Notes under the pieces: generated by a model | Databases searched by the model: none | Told to the model about the DNA's origin: nothing | The model's input: the letters and a program-made list of their open reading frames with translations, nothing else | Shown here: positions 37,389 to 46,621 of the stretch, in pieces | How positions within the stretch are numbered: the first letter of the stretch is position 1 | Layout of the letters: each line of letters opens with the position of its first letter | Translations under genes and position numbers: made by a program | Source: Alistipes sp. | Lineage (GTDB): Bacteria > Bacteroidota > Bacteroidia > Bacteroidales > Rikenellaceae | Direction of reading: 5' to 3' | DNA length: 64,000 bases | Assembly: GCA_045125895.1 (NCBI GenBank) | Contig: JBGVNT010000007.1 | Span: forward strand, 2,934-66,933

Positions 37389-38633
37389 TTATAAGAACGC
37401 CTTGTCGCCGATGTCGGTGCGGTGGAAGAGGTTGTCGCACTCAATCTTCGCAACCTCTGCGGCCGCCTTCTGCTGCGCCTCACGCAAGGTGGGAGCCTGG
37501 CAAACGACAATCATCACACGACCGCCCGCAGTGAGATACTTGCTATCTCGGAGCGTTGTACCCATATGATACACCGAGCCATCAACCTTGTCGATACCCT
37601 TAATCTCGAAACCCTTGTCGTAAGAGCCCGGATAGCCTTTCGATGCCAGCACGATACCCAAAGTAGCGAAGTCGTGCCACTCGATTGTAGGTCGCTTTCC
37701 GTCGGCTATGTCGCAGAATACCTGATATATATCGCTCTTCATGCGGGGTAGTACAACCTCGGTCTCGGGGTCACCAAAGCGAGCATTGAACTCAATAACC
37801 TTGATGCCGCTACGGGTCTTCATCAGGCCGCCATACAATACGCCGCAGAACTCGCAGCCCTCCTTTGCAAGTGCCGCCGCTGTTGGGCGCATAATCTTCT
37901 CCATGGCATAGGCGAGGTCCTCGTCGGTGATGAATGGAAGCTCGGTGTAAGCACCCATACCGCCTGTGTTGGGGCCCTTGTCGCCGTCGTAGGCGCGCTT
38001 GTGGTCCTGTGCAACGGGCATAGGATAGACCTCGGTGCCGCTAACGAAGCACATCAGCGAGAACTCGGGGCCTTCCAAATACTCCTCAATCACGACCTTG
38101 CCTTTGCCGAACTTTGAGTCCAAAAGCATGTCGCGCAAAGCCTCCTCGGCCTCCTCCATGCTCTCGGCGATAACTACGCCCTTTCCCGCTGCCAAACCGT
38201 CGTATTTCAGAACGGTGGGCAATGAGCCCGCCTTTACATAAGCCATAGCCTCGTCGAAATCTTCGAAGGTGCGGAATGTCGCCGTAGGAATCTCGTACTT
38301 CTGCATCAACTCCTTGGCGAACTCCTTGCTGCTCTCAATCTGCGCCGCAGCCTTCGTGGGGCCAAACAGGCGCAAGCCTGCCTCGCGGAAACAATCTGCG
38401 ATACCTGCCGCCAATGCAACCTCGGGGCCTGCAACGGTGAGCCCTATGCCCTCCGCCAAGGCAAAGTCACGCAGTGCCTCTGTGTCGGTCTCCTTTATGG
38501 CAATGCACTCGGCCAATGCAGCGATTCCCGCATTGCCCGGTGCACAATAAATCTTCTCTACTTGGGGTGAGCGGCTGAGTGCCTCGACAATGGCGTGGCA
38601 ACGACCGCCCGAACCTACTACTAATGCCTTCAT
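37389..38633 (-). CDS. purD: Phosphoribosylamine-glycine ligase
   Basis: VVGSGGR, GLAAGKGV, GPNTGGMG, EFNARFGDPE. Confidence 0.97.
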   Translation of the reverse strand: MKALVVGSGGRCHAIVEALSRSPQVEKIYCAPGNAGIAALAECIAIKETDTEALRDFALAEGIGLTVAGPEVALAAGIADCFREAGLRLFGPTKAAAQIESSKEFAKELMQKYEIPTATFRTFEDFDEAMAYVKAGSLPTVLKYDGLAAGKGVVIAESMEEAEEALRDMLLDSKFGKGKVVIEEYLEGPEFSLMCFVSGTEVYPMPVAQDHKRAYDGDKGPNTGGMGAYTELPFITDEDLAYAMEKIMRPTAAALAKEGCEFCGVLYGGLMKTRSGIKVIEFNARFGDPETEVVLPRMKSDIYQVFCDIADGKRPTIEWHDFATLGIVLASKGYPGSYDKGFEIKGIDKVDGSVYHMGTTLRDSKYLTAGGRVMIVVCQAPTLREAQQKAAAEVAKIECDNLFHRTDIGDKAFL

Positions 38634-38643
38634 ATGCTGTCGA

Positions 38644-40173
38644 TTAGTGCTTAAAGTGACGCATGCCTGTCATAACCATCGCGATACCGCACTCGTTGGC
38701 CTTCTTTACCGAATCCTCGTCGCGTACCGAGCCGCCCGGCTGAACGATAGCCTTAACGCCATACTCGGCAGCCATGGTAACAGTGTCGTCGAATGGGAAA
38801 AAACCGTCCGATGCCAACACCAAATCCTCGGTGAAGCCTGCGGCGTGAGCCTGCTTGAGGGCAATCTCGGCCGAACCTACGCGGTTCATCTGACCTGCAC
38901 CAACACCCACTGTGTGGCCATCCTTAACCACTACGATAGCGTTCGACTTCACATGCTTAACCACTCTCCAGCCAAAGTTAAGGTCTGTAAGCTGCTCCTC
39001 CGTGGGCTTAACCTCGGTTACGCACATGTCGGCTGTAACGGTGGCTGTTGTCTTGTCCAAATCCTGCACAAGCAAACCTCCATTTACGCTTACATACTGA
39101 TTTACTACGCGCTCGTCCTTCGACATATCAACCTGCAAGAGGCGCAAGTTCTTCTTCGATGAGAGTACCTCCAATGCCTCCTCAGAGAACGAAGGAGCCA
39201 TGATAATCTCCAAGAAAATAGGCTTCATAAGCTCGGCAGCCTCCTTTGTTACCTCGCGGTTTACGGCTACAATACCGCCGAAAATGCTCACCTTGTCGGC
39301 CTCGTAAGCCTTGGTCCACGCATCTACCACATCCTTGCCGATTGCAGCACCGCAGGGGTTCATGTGCTTCAAACCCACGCAGAAAGGCTCGTCGAACTCG
39401 CGAACGATGCAGAGAGCAGCATTGGCATCCTGAATATTGTTGTACGAAAGCTCCTTGCCATTAAGCTGCTTGGCATTGGCCAAAGAGTATGAGCCGGCCT
39501 CGGCTGCGCCGTAGAATTTAGCCTGCTGATGAGGATTCTCGCCGTAACGCAAGCCCTGCTTGAGGTCGAACTCCAAGAACAATTTCTCGTTCAAACCTGC
39601 TGCCTTGCGCATGTAGGTTGCAATCATCGCATCGTACTGCGCTGTGTGGGTGTAAGCCTCGGCCGAGAGCTGCAAACGAGTCTCAAGTGTAGTGTTACCA
39701 TTTGCCTTAATCTCCTCGATAATCTTTGCGTAGTTCTCGGGGTTGCAAACTACGGTTACATCCTTGTAGTTTTTGGCAGCTGAACGCAACATTGAAGGGC
39801 CGCCGATGTCGATATTCTCGATAGCATCCTCCATAGTTACATCTGCCTTGGCGATAGTCTGACGGAACGGATAGAGGTTTACGCACACCATGTCGATAAA
39901 CTCAATCTCGTTATCCTTCAATGCTTTGAGGTGGCTCTCGTCATCGCGACGCGCCAACAGACCACCATGTACTTTGGGGTGCAAGGTCTTAACTCGTCCG
40001 TCGCAAATCTCGGGGAAGCCCGTAACATCGCTGATGTTGATAACCTCCACGCCCTTTTCGCGCAAAAGGTTCATTGTGCCGCCTGTGGCGATAATCTCCC
40101 AGCCCAAAGAACGCAATGCCTGTGCAAACTCCACAACGCCGTTCTTGTCGCTGACGCTAATTAATGCTCTCAT
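38644..40173 (-). CDS. purH: AICAR transformylase/IMP cyclohydrolase
   Basis: ALISVSDK, GRVKTLHP, LRYGENPHQ, ASDGFFPF, RHFKH. Confidence 0.97.
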   Translation of the reverse strand: MRALISVSDKNGVVEFAQALRSLGWEIIATGGTMNLLREKGVEVINISDVTGFPEICDGRVKTLHPKVHGGLLARRDDESHLKALKDNEIEFIDMVCVNLYPFRQTIAKADVTMEDAIENIDIGGPSMLRSAAKNYKDVTVVCNPENYAKIIEEIKANGNTTLETRLQLSAEAYTHTAQYDAMIATYMRKAAGLNEKLFLEFDLKQGLRYGENPHQQAKFYGAAEAGSYSLANAKQLNGKELSYNNIQDANAALCIVREFDEPFCVGLKHMNPCGAAIGKDVVDAWTKAYEADKVSIFGGIVAVNREVTKEAAELMKPIFLEIIMAPSFSEEALEVLSSKKNLRLLQVDMSKDERVVNQYVSVNGGLLVQDLDKTTATVTADMCVTEVKPTEEQLTDLNFGWRVVKHVKSNAIVVVKDGHTVGVGAGQMNRVGSAEIALKQAHAAGFTEDLVLASDGFFPFDDTVTMAAEYGVKAIVQPGGSVRDEDSVKKANECGIAMVMTGMRHFKH

Positions 40174-40195
40174 CTCTTTTATTTGGTTTTAATAG

Positions 40196-40765
40196 TTAAT
40201 TCAATAATTTTTTAATAGCCTTGATATAGAGCGGGTGCTCTATGGCATGAATCTTTGCTGTAAGTTCCTCGATGTCGCTACCCTCATATGCAATGGCCTG
40301 CTGGGCAATGATTTTACCTCCATCGAGCGACGCATCCACATAGTGAATTGTGGCCCCAAAGACCTTTACGCCATACTCCAAAGCCTGCTCAATGGCGCGT
40401 GCGCCCTTAAACGACGGCAATAACGACGGATGAAGGTTTATAATGCGACCGGCATATGCTTCGAGAAGTGTCTTGCCTACGATGCGCATATATCCCGCCA
40501 GGCAGATGAGCTCCACCTTGGCAGCCTGCAACTCTTCGACTATCAGAGCCTCATACTCCTCCTTCGACGAAAAATCCTTGGCCGAGAATACAAAACTCCT
40601 TACGCCCAACTCCCGAGCCAACTCAATAACGCGTGCCGAGGGCTTGTCGCAAACCAGCAATGCCACTTCGCAATCCAATTCGCCACTCTGCGCAGCGCGT
40701 GTTATGGCCTCGAAGTTTGAACCATATCCGCTGGCAAAAATCGCTATTTTATGCTTCACGCTCAC
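40196..40765 (-). CDS. purN: Phosphoribosylglycinamide formyltransferase
   Basis: FASGYGSNF, LAGYMRI, NLHPSLLPSF; GTG start. Confidence 0.95.
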   Translation of the reverse strand: MSVKHKIAIFASGYGSNFEAITRAAQSGELDCEVALLVCDKPSARVIELARELGVRSFVFSAKDFSSKEEYEALIVEELQAAKVELICLAGYMRIVGKTLLEAYAGRIINLHPSLLPSFKGARAIEQALEYGVKVFGATIHYVDASLDGGKIIAQQAIAYEGSDIEELTAKIHAIEHPLYIKAIKKLLN

Positions 40766-40776
40766 CCTACCTTATA

Positions 40777-41802
40777 TTATATAATGGTTACGCCCTCGCC
40801 CTCGACGATGCGACCGATAACCGAAGCCTTCTCGCCATGCTTTGCAAGAATCTCGATGGCCTTGTCAGCCTCTGCTGCATCGAGTGCGATAACCATACCT
40901 ACACCCATGTTGAAGATGTTGAACATCTCGCGGTGAGCAACTCCGCCCCACTTCTCCAAGAAACTGAATACGGGCAAAATCTCCCAACTGCCCTCCTTGA
41001 CCTCGACGCCCTGACCCTCGGAAAGGATACGGGGAATATTCTCGTCGAAACCACCACCTGTGATGTGGCTGATGCCGTGAACATCACACTCGCGGATAAC
41101 ATCCAAAACCTGCTTTACATAGATGCGTGTGGGTGTCAAAAGTACCTCGCCCAGAGGTTTCTCGCCCAAATCGGCATGAGGCTGGTGCAAATCGAACTGG
41201 TTGTCGCTGACAATCTTGCGCACCAAGCTGAAACCATTTGAGTGAACACCGCTCGAAGCGATACCAACCAAAACATCGCCCACTTTAACCTTTGTGCCGT
41301 CGATAAGCTTTGCGCGCTCCACAACACCGCAAGTGAAACCTGCGATGTCGTACTCGCCACCGCCATACATGCCCGGCATCTCGGCAGTTTCGCCACCAAT
41401 CAAGGCGCAACCCGCCTGACGGCAACCCTCAGCAACCGAAGCGACGATAGCCTCAATCTTTGCGGGCTCGTTATGTCCTACGGCAACATAATCGAGGAAG
41501 AACAAAGGCTCGGCACCCTGAGCCAAAACATCGTTTACACACATCGCCACAGCGTCAATACCGATGGTGTCGTGCTTATCCATCTCGAAAGCCAACTTAA
41601 GCTTCGTACCAACGCCATCTGTACCGCTCACCAGAATAGGCTCCTTGTAACCCAACGATGCGAGGTCGAACATACCTCCGAAAGCTCCGATGTTACCCAT
41701 AACACCGGGACGATTTGTAGACTTTACATGCGACTTGATTCTGCGAACCACTTCGTAGCCGGCCTCGAGGTTTACACCGGCATTTTCATAACTTTTAGCC
41801 AT
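40777..41802 (-). CDS. purM: AIR synthetase
   Basis: [36 protein letters not shown]. Confidence 0.97.
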   Translation of the reverse strand: MAKSYENAGVNLEAGYEVVRRIKSHVKSTNRPGVMGNIGAFGGMFDLASLGYKEPILVSGTDGVGTKLKLAFEMDKHDTIGIDAVAMCVNDVLAQGAEPLFFLDYVAVGHNEPAKIEAIVASVAEGCRQAGCALIGGETAEMPGMYGGGEYDIAGFTCGVVERAKLIDGTKVKVGDVLVGIASSGVHSNGFSLVRKIVSDNQFDLHQPHADLGEKPLGEVLLTPTRIYVKQVLDVIRECDVHGISHITGGGFDENIPRILSEGQGVEVKEGSWEILPVFSFLEKWGGVAHREMFNIFNMGVGMVIALDAAEADKAIEILAKHGEKASVIGRIVEGEGVTII

Positions 41803-41821
41803 AATTTATATCTGTTTTTTG

Positions 41822-44800
41822 TTATTTGCCCTTAAAATAGTTTACAGCATTCTGGAACAGGCTCTGAGTCTTGTTGCCGTGAATGTTCTTAAAGAGGTTC
41901 TCCTCGTAACGCTCCGTGTGGCCCATCTTACCCAAGATTTGACCATTGGCACTGATTATACCCTCGATGCCATAGCTTGAACCGTTGGGGTTGTAAGGCG
42001 CTGTGAGCGTCGCGTTGCCTTCTGAATCAACATATTGGAATGCAACCTGACCATTCTTGAATAGCTCCTCTGCCATCTCCTCGCTTACGACAAACTTACC
42101 CTCGCCGTGGCTCACCGCAATGGCATGCTCCTCACCAAGCTCGAATGATGAAAGCCAAGGTGAAGCGGTTGTTGCTACACGAGTGGTGACAATCTGCGAG
42201 ATGTGGCGGTTAATATCGTTGCGGAACAGCGTGGGTGACTCCTTCACAACCTGTCCCAAGCGGCCGTAAGGCAACAAGCCCGACTTAACCAATGCCTGGA
42301 AACCGTTGCAGATACCCAATATCAAACCTCCGCGGTCGAGCAAAGCGTGGATAGCGTCGGTGATAACCTTATTGTTTAAGACATTTGCAATGAACTTACC
42401 GCTACCATCGGGCTCGTCACCTGCCGAGAAACCACCACTGAGCATAAAGATGTGACACTCGTCAATCATCTGCTTCATCTTCTCAATCGAAGCAAAGATG
42501 TCCTCGGCTGTAAGGTCGCAGAATACGCTCATCGAAACCTTTGCTCCTGCTCGCTCGAATGCCTTTGCTGTATCATAGTCGCAGTTTGTTCCGGGGAATA
42601 CGGGAATGTAAACCTTAACTTCCTCAACCGGAGCACCGCTATACTTGATAACTTTCTTCTCGGGCTCGCTCTTGCGTGTTACGCCACCCTGCAAGCCGCG
42701 GTCGGGATATACCTGACAGAATTTTTGAGAGTTCGTCTTCTGCAACTCATCAACCTGGAAGCGCTCGCCGCAGAACTCAACCTCGGCCTCGGCGATAGTC
42801 TCTCCGATAAGAATTGCATCGGCGAAATCCAACTCCTCCGCAGCCTCCACAACGATAGAGCCGTATGCGTAGTCGAAAAGTTCCTCCTCCGAGAGATTTA
42901 TCACAGCACCCACTCTGTTACCAAACGACATCTTCGAGATAGCCTCCTGAACGCCACCGAAGCCTACGGCGTAGCCGGCAACGACCTTACCTTGCTCGAT
43001 AGCCGAAGACACGAACGAGAAATTCTCCTTCAACTGCTCGGTGTCGGGCATATAGTTGTTCAAGGGGTTATGTTTTACCAAATAGAGTTTATGACCTGCC
43101 GCCTTCAGCTCGGGGCTGATTACCGTGCGGGCATCAACTGTAGTGATACCAAATGCCATAAGCATCGGTGGTACATTTATATCCTGGAAAGTACCGCTCA
43201 TTGAATCCTTACCGCCGATTGAAGGCAAGCCCAACTCAACCTGCATCTTCAATGCGCCGAGCAAAGCCGCCAAAGGCTTACCCCATGATGTTTCGCTGTT
43301 CATGCGCTCGAAATACTCCTGATAAGAGTAGCGCATCTTATCGTAGCGAGCACCCGCAGCAACAACCTTTGCTGCAGCCTCAACGACTGCATATGCAGCA
43401 CCATGATAGGGGCTCCAAGATGCGAGATAGGGGTTATAACCGAAAGCCATGATACTTGCTGTGTTGGTAATGGCATTGCCTACGGGCAACTTCTGCACCG
43501 ATACCTGAGTCTCTGTGTTCTGGGTCTTGCCACCGAAAGGCATCAAAACGGTTGAACGACCGATTGTCGAGTCAAACATCTCAATCATACCGCGCTGCGA
43601 TACTACATTGTTATCCTCCAAGTTATTCTTAACCTTCTCGGCAAGAGTTGCACCCTTTACTTCGCGGCGGAATGGGTCCTTATCCTCAACCTCGGCAATG
43701 CGAATCTTGGTGTAGTGCTTTGCACCTGCCGAGTCGATGAACTCGCGCGAAAGATTTACGAGCATCTCGCCATTATAGAACATTCTTAGGCGAGCCGTAT
43801 CCGTAACATTTGCTACATGCGTAACCTCGATATTCTCCTCGTGACAGAAAGCTATCATTGCCTCCATATCCTTCTTCTCGATTACGATGGCCATACGCTC
43901 CTGCGACTCGCTGATGGCAAGCTCTGTAGAGTTAAGTCCGCTGTATTTCGTTGGTACGCGGTCGAGGTAGATATCCAAACCGTCTGCCAACTCGCCAATG
44001 GCTACGCTGACACCACCTGCGCCAAAGTCGTTCGACTTCTTGATAAGGCGTGTAACCTCGGGGCGACGGAACAGACGCTCCAACTTGCGCTCCTCGGGAG
44101 CATTACCCTTCTGTACCTCCGACGAACACTCCTCGATAGATTTTACATTGTGCTCCTTTGATGAGCCGGTTGCTCCGCCAATACCGTCACGGCCTGTGCG
44201 ACCACCCAAAAGCAGAATTACATCACCCGCCGTAGGCGACTCGCGGCGTACATTCTCCGCCTTAACAGCACCTACAACCGCACCAACCTCCAAACGCTTG
44301 GCTACATAGTCGGGGTGATAAATCTCGCGTACATGAGTCGTGGCAAGACCAATCTGGTTGCCATAGCTCGAGTAACCCGAAGCGGCCTTTGTGGTGATGA
44401 TGCGCTGTGGCAGCTTACCCTTCAAAGTTTCGGCTACGGGCTTGTAGATATCACCTGCACCCGTTACACGCATCGCCTGATAAACATAGCTGCGGCCCGA
44501 CAATGGGTCACGAATAGCACCGCCAAGACAAGTTGATGCACCACCGAATGGCTCAATCTCTGTGGGGTGATTGTGCGTTTCGTTCTTGAACTGCAACAAC
44601 CACTTCTCCATCTGGCCATCCACATCTACATTTACATATATCGAACAAGCGTTGTTCTCCTCGCTCTGCTCGAGATTATCCAAAACGCCGGTCTTCTTGA
44701 GGTAGCGTGCACCGATTGTAGCAAGTTCCATCAGGCAGAGGCTCTTGTTTTCGCGACCAAGCTCTGCGCGCATATCCTTCAACGACTCTAAAGTCGCCTC

Positions 44801-45529
44801 CAACTCGGCCGAGAGGAAAGAGTCGTCGATAGTAATCTCCTCAATCTCGGTCGTAAAGGTTGTATGGCGGCAGTGGTCACTCCAATAAGTGTCCAAGATG
44901 CGCAACTCGGTCTCGGATGGGTCACGGCCCTCATTCTGGTAGTAGTTCACCACCTCGCGCAAGTCGTCGGCATTCATAGCCAAGCCGTACTGCTTGCAGA
45001 AACCCTCCAACTCCTCATCTTTGAGTGCGGTGAGGCCATGCAGAATGGCTACGGGCTTAACCTCGGCCGACTCCATGTCGCTCAGTATGCTCAAATCCTT
45101 GCGGCGTGACTCTACGGCATTGATATAATAGTGCTCGATGCGAGCCATATCCTCGTCGGTAATGGCGTCATCGAAAATAAGCAACTTCGATGACTTGATG
45201 CGCACATCGGCCGTAGGCTCGATGAGTCGAACGCAATCCACAGCCGAGCTTGCTCGCTGGTCGAACTGACCGGGAAGGAACTCTACGGCCAAATACTTCT
45301 TACCCTCAAGGTCGCACTCGTCGCTGACATTGTCGGTAACGACCTCACCAAAGACCGCATAACGGCTCTTCTCCAATAACTCCTCCGAAAATCCAAACAA
45401 ATCGTAGACATTTAGCAGACGGAGTGACTCGAGGTTTAGTCCCAAATTGTTGTTCAACTCCTTGCGCAGAGTCTCTGCCTCGACTTGGAAACGAGGATAT
45501 TTCTCTACATAAATACGGTAATTCTTCAT
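41822..45529 (-). CDS. purL: Phosphoribosylformylglycinamidine synthase (single-chain, 1235 aa)
   Basis: YWSDHCRH, KNETHNHPT, DFGAGG, GGKDSMS, LGICNGFQ. Confidence 0.96.
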   Translation of the reverse strand: MKNYRIYVEKYPRFQVEAETLRKELNNNLGLNLESLRLLNVYDLFGFSEELLEKSRYAVFGEVVTDNVSDECDLEGKKYLAVEFLPGQFDQRASSAVDCVRLIEPTADVRIKSSKLLIFDDAITDEDMARIEHYYINAVESRRKDLSILSDMESAEVKPVAILHGLTALKDEELEGFCKQYGLAMNADDLREVVNYYQNEGRDPSETELRILDTYWSDHCRHTTFTTEIEEITIDDSFLSAELEATLESLKDMRAELGRENKSLCLMELATIGARYLKKTGVLDNLEQSEENNACSIYVNVDVDGQMEKWLLQFKNETHNHPTEIEPFGGASTCLGGAIRDPLSGRSYVYQAMRVTGAGDIYKPVAETLKGKLPQRIITTKAASGYSSYGNQIGLATTHVREIYHPDYVAKRLEVGAVVGAVKAENVRRESPTAGDVILLLGGRTGRDGIGGATGSSKEHNVKSIEECSSEVQKGNAPEERKLERLFRRPEVTRLIKKSNDFGAGGVSVAIGELADGLDIYLDRVPTKYSGLNSTELAISESQERMAIVIEKKDMEAMIAFCHEENIEVTHVANVTDTARLRMFYNGEMLVNLSREFIDSAGAKHYTKIRIAEVEDKDPFRREVKGATLAEKVKNNLEDNNVVSQRGMIEMFDSTIGRSTVLMPFGGKTQNTETQVSVQKLPVGNAITNTASIMAFGYNPYLASWSPYHGAAYAVVEAAAKVVAAGARYDKMRYSYQEYFERMNSETSWGKPLAALLGALKMQVELGLPSIGGKDSMSGTFQDINVPPMLMAFGITTVDARTVISPELKAAGHKLYLVKHNPLNNYMPDTEQLKENFSFVSSAIEQGKVVAGYAVGFGGVQEAISKMSFGNRVGAVINLSEEELFDYAYGSIVVEAAEELDFADAILIGETIAEAEVEFCGERFQVDELQKTNSQKFCQVYPDRGLQGGVTRKSEPEKKVIKYSGAPVEEVKVYIPVFPGTNCDYDTAKAFERAGAKVSMSVFCDLTAEDIFASIEKMKQMIDECHIFMLSGGFSAGDEPDGSGKFIANVLNNKVITDAIHALLDRGGLILGICNGFQALVKSGLLPYGRLGQVVKESPTLFRNDINRHISQIVTTRVATTASPWLSSFELGEEHAIAVSHGEGKFVVSEEMAEELFKNGQVAFQYVDSEGNATLTAPYNPNGSSYGIEGIISANGQILGKMGHTERYEENLFKNIHGNKTQSLFQNAVNYFKGK

Positions 45530-45562
45530 ATCTTGATTACTTGTAGCTTAATTGCAATGAAA

Positions 45563-46030
45563 TTATAACTCTGCCTCCAGTACCTTCTCGGTCTGAACCT
45601 TGCGGTAAGCCTCGAGGCGAGCCTCCAGTTCCTTGTCGGTAAGGGCGAAAATTGAAGCCGCGATGAGTGCTGCATTTTTTGCGCCGTTGATTGCGGTTGT
45701 TGATACCGGAATACCGCCGGGCATCTGGACTATCGAGAGCAAAGAGTCCAAGCCTCCGAGTGCTGAGGTTTTGATAGGAACACCAATAACGGGAACGGTC
45801 GTAAGGGCTGCTGTTACGCCGGCAACATGTGCTGCACCTCCTGCACCTGCGATGATGGCGCCAATACCACGCTCGCGAGCCGTAGTGGCATATTCGAACA
45901 TCAAATGAGGCGTGCGGTGTGCGCTGATTACGCGCTTCTCGTACTCGATTCCCAACTCCTCCAAAGTCTCGACTGCGGCTGACATTACGCCCCAATCGCT
46001 GGTAGAACCCATAATAACTGCAACTTTCAT
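45563..46030 (-). CDS. purE: N5-CAIR mutase
   Basis: [34 protein letters not shown]. Confidence 0.96.
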   Translation of the reverse strand: MKVAVIMGSTSDWGVMSAAVETLEELGIEYEKRVISAHRTPHLMFEYATTARERGIGAIIAGAGGAAHVAGVTAALTTVPVIGVPIKTSALGGLDSLLSIVQMPGGIPVSTTAINGAKNAALIAASIFALTDKELEARLEAYRKVQTEKVLEAEL

Positions 46031-46046
46031 AATTGTTTGTAGTGTT

Positions 46047-46084
46047 AAAAACACAGCCGTTGCAACAGATGCTGCAGCGGCCGT
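46047..46084 (-). terminator. Terminator-like hairpin in the purE leader (possible attenuator)
   Basis: Minus strand ACGGCCGCTGCAGC-ATCT-GTTGCAACGGCTGT-GTTTTT lying between the promoter (46169-46176) and purE. Confidence 0.55.
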
Positions 46085-46168
46085 TATTTATGTTAAAATT
46101 ATTTGATATTTGTTCTCATATTCGTTTCGCGAGAAGGTGATTTTATCCCGTTTTCCTTAACGCATGCG

Positions 46169-46176
46169 CAAAGATA
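46169..46176 (-). promoter_or_regulatory. Promoter -7 element of the pur operon
   Basis: TATCTTTG on minus strand. Confidence 0.6.
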
Positions 46177-46254
46177 CAATATTTAATAATAAGAGTGAAA
46201 TATTTAGGCAGTGAAAATATTAACAAATTATTCACGAAATGTCAAAATTTGATG

Positions 46255-46460
46255 AAAGAACAACGAAGAGAGGAGGTTGCCCTCCCCTCTGTCGATTTGT
46301 GCCCGTAATGTTATGGCTTACATCTCCACGGGCTGCGCTTGTAAGGGTTGTTTCCTTGCAAGCGGTTGCTACCTTGCGGTAGTCGGAAAACTATTCATTA
46401 AACAAACAAAATAAACTCATAGATTGCGCATGGCCATAAAATTCGGCGATGTGCGTTTCT
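46255..46460 (-). ncRNA. Candidate structured small RNA
   Basis: TATCTTTG promoter at 46466-46473, four hairpins (two with GCAA tetraloops), terminator-like end, only ATG ORFs under 10 codons. Confidence 0.5.
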
Positions 46461-46621
46461 GTTTGCAAAGATACTAACCGCGCTGCGGGTTCACAATAGC
46501 GTAAAATTGTGATTGTGCAAATGTTTGATAGCTATAAAAAGGGATTGGTAAAGTCGTGAAAAATGTATATTTTTGCATCGCAAAAATAGTTGTGGCTTTT
46601 TAGAAAAGACGATATAAATAT

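Noticed and set aside
46125-46160. ykkC/PRPP riboswitch from GGGATAAAA in the purE leader
   Set aside because: The other conserved elements (AGGGTTCCG, ACACC, downstream CCNGG) are absent and there is too little room after the promoter.
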